Assembly: GCF_000025685.1 (NCBI RefSeq)
Contig: NC_013966.1
Span: 480,001 to 512,000, forward strand
Origin: Haloferax volcanii DS2
Lineage (GTDB): Archaea > Halobacteriota > Halobacteria > Halobacteriales > Haloferacaceae
Direction of reading: 5' to 3'
DNA length: 32,000 bases
The notes beneath the pieces are model-generated. The model ran no database searches. It worked only from the letters and a program-made list of their open reading frames with translations, and had not been told where the DNA came from. Both the position numbers and the translations under genes were made by a program. Below are positions 27,824 through 32,000 of the stretch, piece by piece; the stretch's first letter is position 1, and the number at the start of each line of letters is the position of its first letter.

Positions 27824-28600
27824 ATGCGTCTCCGGAAACTCGCTCTCCTTCTCGCGGTCGTCGGTCTCGTCTGCCTCCCCGCGCCGGTGTACCTACCCGC
27901 GCTCGCGGACGCGACATCGCCGCCGCCGAAAGTCTCGAACTCGTACCGGGCCGAGACGGTCTCGCTTGCGAACCAGTCGGACATCGAGACCATCGTCAAC
28001 CGGCACGGCCGTTCGGTCTCGATTTCGGTACATCAGGTGAGCCAGCGGTACTCGGCCGGCGAGTACCGCGCGCCGAACGAGACCCGCGAGACGCTGGAGG
28101 CGGCGATGCGGAACGGGACCGCCCGGACGACGGCGGCCGGCGCGCAAGTCGACCTCCGCGCCATCGCGCGGAACAACACGTACGTCCACGACGCCTACGG
28201 CGAGCGCGAGCAGTACTACCGGCTTCGCGTGCGAGAGAACGGCTCGGTCGTCACCGCGCGAAACGCCACGCTCCAGCGTGTTGCGAACTCCACCGTCGAG
28301 CGGAGCGCGTACAGCTACGTGAACCTCTCGCCGGCGGCCAGAGAGACGGTCGACAGCATCCTCCGGAACTCCTCGGACGGGGACCCCGGCTACCGGCCGC
28401 GGATGAACGACGCCTTCGTGGACCGCCTCCCGGCGCTCGTCGAAAAAGAGGGCACGCGTTACAGCATCACCGCCTACACGCACGTCGACGACTTCGGCTT
28501 CGGGGCCGCGTTCGTCGTCGGCCTCGGCGTCGCGGGCGTCGGCGCGGTCCTGATTCTCGTCGGGGGCGCGGTGTACGCTATCGCGTGGTGGCGCGAGTAG
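27824..28600 (+). CDS. secreted or membrane-anchored protein with N-terminal signal/anchor, C-terminal TM helix and nine N-x-S/T sequons
   Basis: The N-terminus is MRLRKLALLLAVVGLVCLPAPV and the C-terminus is FGAAFVVGLGVAGVGAVLILVGGAVYAIAWW. The sequons are NQS, NET, NGT, NNT, NGS, NAT, NST, NLS and NSS. Confidence 0.7.
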   Translation: MRLRKLALLLAVVGLVCLPAPVYLPALADATSPPPKVSNSYRAETVSLANQSDIETIVNRHGRSVSISVHQVSQRYSAGEYRAPNETRETLEAAMRNGTARTTAAGAQVDLRAIARNNTYVHDAYGEREQYYRLRVRENGSVVTARNATLQRVANSTVERSAYSYVNLSPAARETVDSILRNSSDGDPGYRPRMNDAFVDRLPALVEKEGTRYSITAYTHVDDFGFGAAFVVGLGVAGVGAVLILVGGAVYAIAWWRE

Positions 28601-28618
28601 CGAGAGAAAAGCGGGGTC

Positions 28619-28643
28619 GAACCGCGAGACTGCGGCGCGGTTC
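28619..28643. terminator. hairpin between convergent genes
   Basis: GAACCGCG (28619-28626) pairs with CGCGGTTC (28636-28643) across a 9-nt loop. It lies in the 51-bp spacer between the stop at 28600 and the stop at 28652. Any terminator role is inferred only. Confidence 0.3.
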
Positions 28644-28651
28644 AGGTCAGT

Positions 28652-29119
28652 TCAGTTCGCGTCGAGGATTTCGACGTCGAAGATGAGCGTCTCGCCCGCG
28701 AGTTCGTGGTTGAAGTCGATGCGGACCACGTCGTCGTCGGTGTGGACGATTTCGCCGAGGCCGCCCTGCTGGGTCTGGACGTACAGGCCCTCCTCGGGCT
28801 CGTCACCGAGCACTTCGCGGAGCTGTTCGGTCTCGTGCTCGCGGACGAGGTCCTCGTCGTACTCGCCGTAGGCCTTCTCCGGCGGGATTTCGATGCTCTC
28901 CTCGTCGCCGACGGACATGCCGACGAGCGCCTCGTCGAGTCCCTCGATAACGGTTCCCGCGCCGACCTCGACCGCGAGCGGCTCGTAGTCGCGGTCGGGC
29001 TGGGCCTCCGCGAGACCCTCTGCCTCGGCCACGTCCTGACGCGACGTGTCGAAAACCGTGCCGTCAGGGAGCGTTCCGACGTATTCGAGCGAAACGGAGT
29101 CGCCGGTTTCAATCGTCAT
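28652..29119 (-). CDS. FKBP-type peptidyl-prolyl cis-trans isomerase (short SlyD-like archaeal type)
   Basis: The 155-aa product from the ATG at 29119 shows the FKBP core and insert-in-flap layout: VSLEYVGTLPDGTVFDTS, VIEGLDEALVGMSVGDE and FNHELAGETLIFDVEI. The rest of the 423-aa track ORF is antisense artefact. Confidence 0.92.
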   Translation of the reverse strand: MTIETGDSVSLEYVGTLPDGTVFDTSRQDVAEAEGLAEAQPDRDYEPLAVEVGAGTVIEGLDEALVGMSVGDEESIEIPPEKAYGEYDEDLVREHETEQLREVLGDEPEEGLYVQTQQGGLGEIVHTDDDVVRIDFNHELAGETLIFDVEILDAN

Positions 29120-29254
29120 ACCCCGTACTCGCTGCCGGAGACAGATAAGTGACCGCACTGCCGACGAGTATGTGAGGCAGTTGTCAGTACGTCCACGACC
29201 CATCCGCCGGGAACGACGCCGTAGCTTGAACACGGCGGTCCGCGTAGCGCCCGT

Positions 29255-29860
29255 ATGGAGTGGGACGAACGCTACCGGACCGGAACGTATCCGACCGACC
29301 CGGAGCCGTCGCCGGCGCTGCGGGCGTACCTCGACGAACTGCCAGACGGCCGCGCGCTCGACGTGGCGGCCGGCAGCGGCCGTAACGCGCTGTTTCTCGC
29401 CGCAAACGGCTACCGAGTCGACGCGCTCGACCAGTCGAGCGAGGGGTTGAGCATCATCGACGAGCGCGCCCGGGCCCGCGGATTCACCGACCGCGTGGAG
29501 ACGATTCGGGCCGACGCGACGACCTACGAGTTCCCCGAGTCGACGTACGACCTCGTCACCATCAGCTACTTCCGGACGCTGGACCGCCTCGCCGACATCA
29601 AGGCGGCGCTGAAGCCCGGCGGCGTCCTGTTCTACCAGCACCACCTGCGGGCCGACCCGCCCGCGACGGTGGGGCCGAGCACCGACAGATACCGCTTCGA
29701 CTCGAACGAACTGCTCCGCGCCTGCCTCGACCTCACGGTGCTGTACTACGACGAATCGACCGAACCGCGCGACGACCGGCAGTCCGCGACGGCGACGATT
29801 ATCGCGCGGAACACGCGGGGTGGGGCGCAGTCGTACCCGCGGAGTAGAGCTTATAAGTAA
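29255..29860 (+). CDS. class I SAM-dependent methyltransferase
   Basis: Motif I is LDVAAGSGRNALFLAANGYRVDALDQS, post-I and motif II are present (YDLVTISYF), and LKPGGVLF follows. Confidence 0.85.
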   Translation: MEWDERYRTGTYPTDPEPSPALRAYLDELPDGRALDVAAGSGRNALFLAANGYRVDALDQSSEGLSIIDERARARGFTDRVETIRADATTYEFPESTYDLVTISYFRTLDRLADIKAALKPGGVLFYQHHLRADPPATVGPSTDRYRFDSNELLRACLDLTVLYYDESTEPRDDRQSATATIIARNTRGGAQSYPRSRAYK

Positions 29861-30135
29861 TAATTCTGATAAAATATGTGCAGCGTGATCTGGGGAGAAT
29901 CCGCTGTTGTACCGAGATGACAAGAAAAACCGTATGTTGTTTCTAAATCCATTAGACAGAGATCTCCCACATAAATCCGGGTGAGAGACGTATCTAATGT
30001 GTCTTAAAAGACAACCCAGAGTAGAGTCACAACGTTTGGAAGTTTGAAATTTTATTGATACGAATTGTCAAAACGAATCCGGGCTGCGACTCCAACTCTG
30101 TGTCCGCAATGTGATAGAAATCGTATATTAAATTA
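29861..30135. other. AT-rich non-coding segment with no ORF of 60 aa or more
   Basis: GC content drops visibly right after the methyltransferase stop. The segment contains short repeats (AATCCGGG twice, ACGAAT twice) and AT-rich hairpins. Only trivially short ORFs are present. Confidence 0.6.
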
Positions 30136-30371
30136 CTCTTCCCTCGCCAGCCGTATCGGCACCGCAGTGAACCAGTATCACAGCCGGGTTCCTACGAGGA
30201 AAGCTTCTTCGAGTCGGGGCGGGACTGAGCAGCGACCCTAACGGGATTGGCCGGTGGCTGATTGGGTTGCGCGTCGAATCACCTCCCGTGGCGGTACGCC
30301 AACGCCGCCGCGCCATCACTCGGTCGGCTCCGTCCGTTCGATTTTTATCGCTCGGAGACGGTCACACACGA

Positions 30372-31244
30372 ATGACCGTATTAGATTGGGTCGACGAGCC
30401 GCGCATCATCGACACGCACGCCCACCAACCGACCGCGGAGTTCCTCGAAGACGCCGGCGGGGAGATGATGCGGGACGCGGCGAACAGGTTCGGCGCGGAG
30501 ATGGAGACGTGGAGCTACGAGGAGATGATAGCCGAGTACCGCGAGCACGACATCGGGCGGGCGGTGCTGCTCGGGTGGGACGCCGAGACGAACACCGGGA
30601 ATCCCCCAGTACCGAACGACTACGTGGCCGAGGTCAGAGACGCACACCCGGAGTTCTTCGTCGGGTTCGGGAGCGTGGACCCGCTGAAAGACGACTGCGT
30701 CGAGGAGGCGGTCCGGTGCGTCGAAGACCTCGGTCTCTCGGGGTTCAAGTTCCAGCAAATCGCACAGGGGTTCGACCCGAGCGACGACGAACACAGGGCG
30801 CTGTTCGACGCCATCGAGGACCTCGGCGTGCCGGTCGTCTTCCACGGCGGGAACTCCACGCTCGGGGCGTGCTCGCCCGGCGGCCGCGGCCTGAAAATCA
30901 AGTACGGCGACCCGATGCTCATCGACGACGTGGCCGCCGAGCACCCGGACCTCCAGATTCTCATCGCCCACCCGGCGTACCCGTGGGAAAAAGAGCAACT
31001 CGCCATCTGCCAGCAGAAGGGCAACGTCTACATGGACCTCTCGGGGTGGCTCCCGAAGTACATCGACGAGCAGGTGCTTCACTACGCCAAGACCGTCTTG
31101 CAGGACAAGGTGATGTTCGGCACCGACTACCCGATGATTCGACCGGGGCGGTGGTTCGAGTCCTTCGAGGAGCACTTCGACGCCTCCGAGGAGGTGAAGC
31201 GAAAACTCCTCTGGGAGAACGCGGAACGGTTCCTCGAGTTATAG
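30372..31244 (+). CDS. amidohydrolase-2 family metal-dependent hydrolase/decarboxylase
   Basis: From the ATG at 30372, MTVLDWVDEPRIIDTHAHQP gives the HxH metal motif. Later motifs are VVFHGG, ILIAHPAYPW and MFGTDYP (the terminal Asp). TTTTTAT (30342-30348) lies about 27 nt upstream. Confidence 0.88.
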   Translation: MTVLDWVDEPRIIDTHAHQPTAEFLEDAGGEMMRDAANRFGAEMETWSYEEMIAEYREHDIGRAVLLGWDAETNTGNPPVPNDYVAEVRDAHPEFFVGFGSVDPLKDDCVEEAVRCVEDLGLSGFKFQQIAQGFDPSDDEHRALFDAIEDLGVPVVFHGGNSTLGACSPGGRGLKIKYGDPMLIDDVAAEHPDLQILIAHPAYPWEKEQLAICQQKGNVYMDLSGWLPKYIDEQVLHYAKTVLQDKVMFGTDYPMIRPGRWFESFEEHFDASEEVKRKLLWENAERFLEL

Positions 31245-31351
31245 ACATGTCGGATGCGCTAGTTCAGTAACACTCAATATGTGTTCCGAACGCGTTTTCG
31301 TATGGGGATTGGGACAGTCAATATTCAGATACAGTATCGTTGGGACGGGCG

Positions 31352-31837
31352 ATGAAGTACGAGAACCGACAGCTTACCGCGAAGCAACAGGCAATTCTCT
31401 ATAAAAAGAGAGACAACCCGAACTGGTCTAACACACGTATAGCAACCGCAGTGGGGTGCTCCGATTCACACGTATCAGAGACGTTGCGTAATTACGACCC
31501 GGACAAACTCAACGACGATGGAACAATCGCGGTACCCGTTAAATCGGAAAAGGAGTCCGCAGGAGGCAGATTGAAATGGGTGGTCGCGAGTCTATGTGTC
31601 CAGTTTTGGGGCATCATGTATGCGTTTGGCGGTCCAAATAGCGGCGCAGTAAGTGGAGACCAAGCAGTACTCGTGTTTCTCTTCGCGTGGATAGTCACGC
31701 CGGTCGTAATCTTCGCTGATGCCCAGTTACAACATGCTGAACAGGTGTCCAACCGGCCAAACAGAGTCGTGTGGCCAATAGCGTCATTTTTCATACCCGT
31801 TGTCGCATCACTGTACTACGTCGTGAAGCGCCTCTAA
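31352..31837 (+). CDS. low-GC gene: N-terminal HTH domain fused to a ~3-TM membrane domain
   Basis: LTAKQQAILYKKRDNPNWSNTRIATAVGCSDSHVSETL resembles a sigma-70 region 4 / LuxR-like HTH. The C-terminal half has hydrophobic helices (WVVASLCVQFWGIMYAF, VLVFLFAWIVTPVVIF, WPIASFFIPVVASLYYV). GC content is visibly lower than in neighbouring genes. The start is either ATG 31352 or TTG 31340. Confidence 0.6.
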   Translation: MKYENRQLTAKQQAILYKKRDNPNWSNTRIATAVGCSDSHVSETLRNYDPDKLNDDGTIAVPVKSEKESAGGRLKWVVASLCVQFWGIMYAFGGPNSGAVSGDQAVLVFLFAWIVTPVVIFADAQLQHAEQVSNRPNRVVWPIASFFIPVVASLYYVVKRL

Positions 31838-31838
31838 G

Positions 31839-32000
31839 CTACTCAAACTCCGGCCGCCGCTTCTCCAAGAACGCGGCGACCCCTTCCTCGTGGGCGTCGG
31901 TGTCGTAGGCGAGTGTCTGTGCGTGCGCCTCGCGTTCGAGGCCGTCGGCCCACGACCGGCCGAGGTTCGCGTGTATCGCTTCCTTCGCCAGCGCGAGCGT
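31839..32000 (-). CDS. enoyl-CoA hydratase/isomerase (crotonase) family protein, C-terminal fragment cut by the window edge
   Basis: My minus-strand translation is ...LALAKEAIHANLGRSWADGLEREAHAQTLAYDTDAHEEGVAAFLEKRRPEFE*. The EG-x-x-AF-x-EKR-x-P-x-F ending is the typical crotonase C-terminus. It is absent from the track because there is no start codon inside the window. Confidence 0.7.
   Translation of the reverse strand, partial: TLALAKEAIHANLGRSWADGLEREAHAQTLAYDTDAHEEGVAAFLEKRRPEFE

Noticed and set aside
28480-28600. PGF-CTERM/archaeosortase signal at the C-terminus of the sequon-rich protein
   Set aside because: The tail has DFGFGAAF... but no PGF tripeptide, and it ends in WWRE rather than a short basic cluster. 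I treat it as an ordinary TM anchor.
29120-29923. Upstream 268 codons of the 423-aa minus-strand ORF containing the FKBP gene
   Set aside because: These codons run antisense through the methyltransferase gene with Arg-rich composition. The FKBP domain starts at the ATG at 29119, which has its own TATA-like box.
30241-30305. tRNA-like look of GGTGGCTGATTGGGTTGCGCGTCGAATCACC...CGCCA
   Set aside because: It superficially recalls the D-arm (GGCTCAGTTGGG) and T-arm (GGTTCGAATCC) consensus. I could not fold acceptor, D, anticodon and T stems, so it is not a tRNA or a convincing tRNA fragment.
30128-30319. 63-aa minus-strand ORF in the long non-coding gap
   Set aside because: It is Arg/Pro-rich, has no promoter-like element and resembles nothing I know. 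It is most likely a chance ORF.

Overview
This is a GC-rich segment with an acidic proteome, which points to a haloarchaeal (class Halobacteria) chromosome. Supporting signs are Tat/lipobox signal peptides, leaderless-style TATA boxes about 25-30 nt upstream of start codons, a haloarchaeal-type Fe/Mn superoxide dismutase and an ISH-type insertion sequence. Most of the window is ordinary metabolism and transport. It contains an EamA transporter, sod, a complete phosphate-uptake operon (pstS-pstC-pstA-pstB plus an AbrB-PhoU regulator) and a class-V aminotransferase. It also contains an AIR-synthase-related protein followed by cbiA and cobO. A tightly packed six-gene minus-strand operon joins a CUT1-type ABC transporter to a family-III CoA-transferase and an HMGL/isopropylmalate-synthase-like enzyme. 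The remaining calls are an HTH-10 regulator, a tandem USP, an FKBP isomerase, a SAM methyltransferase, an amidohydrolase and the 3' end of an enoyl-CoA hydratase. I saw no rRNA, tRNA or CRISPR array. The accessory parts are the most interesting. (1) A ~2.3 kb low-GC insert lies at 10366-12688. Its single gene appears to have been split by an ISH3-family IS, and the IS transposase itself carries an in-frame TGA. The 3' half of the split gene carries an RNxxxH (HEPN-like) motif, which suggests a disrupted RNase-type defence or abortive-infection gene with an unrecognisable N-terminal domain. (2) A ~510 bp non-coding stretch lies at 29861-30371 and has an AT-rich core. (3) A low-GC gene for an HTH-plus-membrane protein lies at 31352-31837. 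Many long Arg/Pro-rich ORFs in the track are alternative-frame artefacts of the high GC content and are rejected. All family assignments come from motif recognition by eye; no database search was run.
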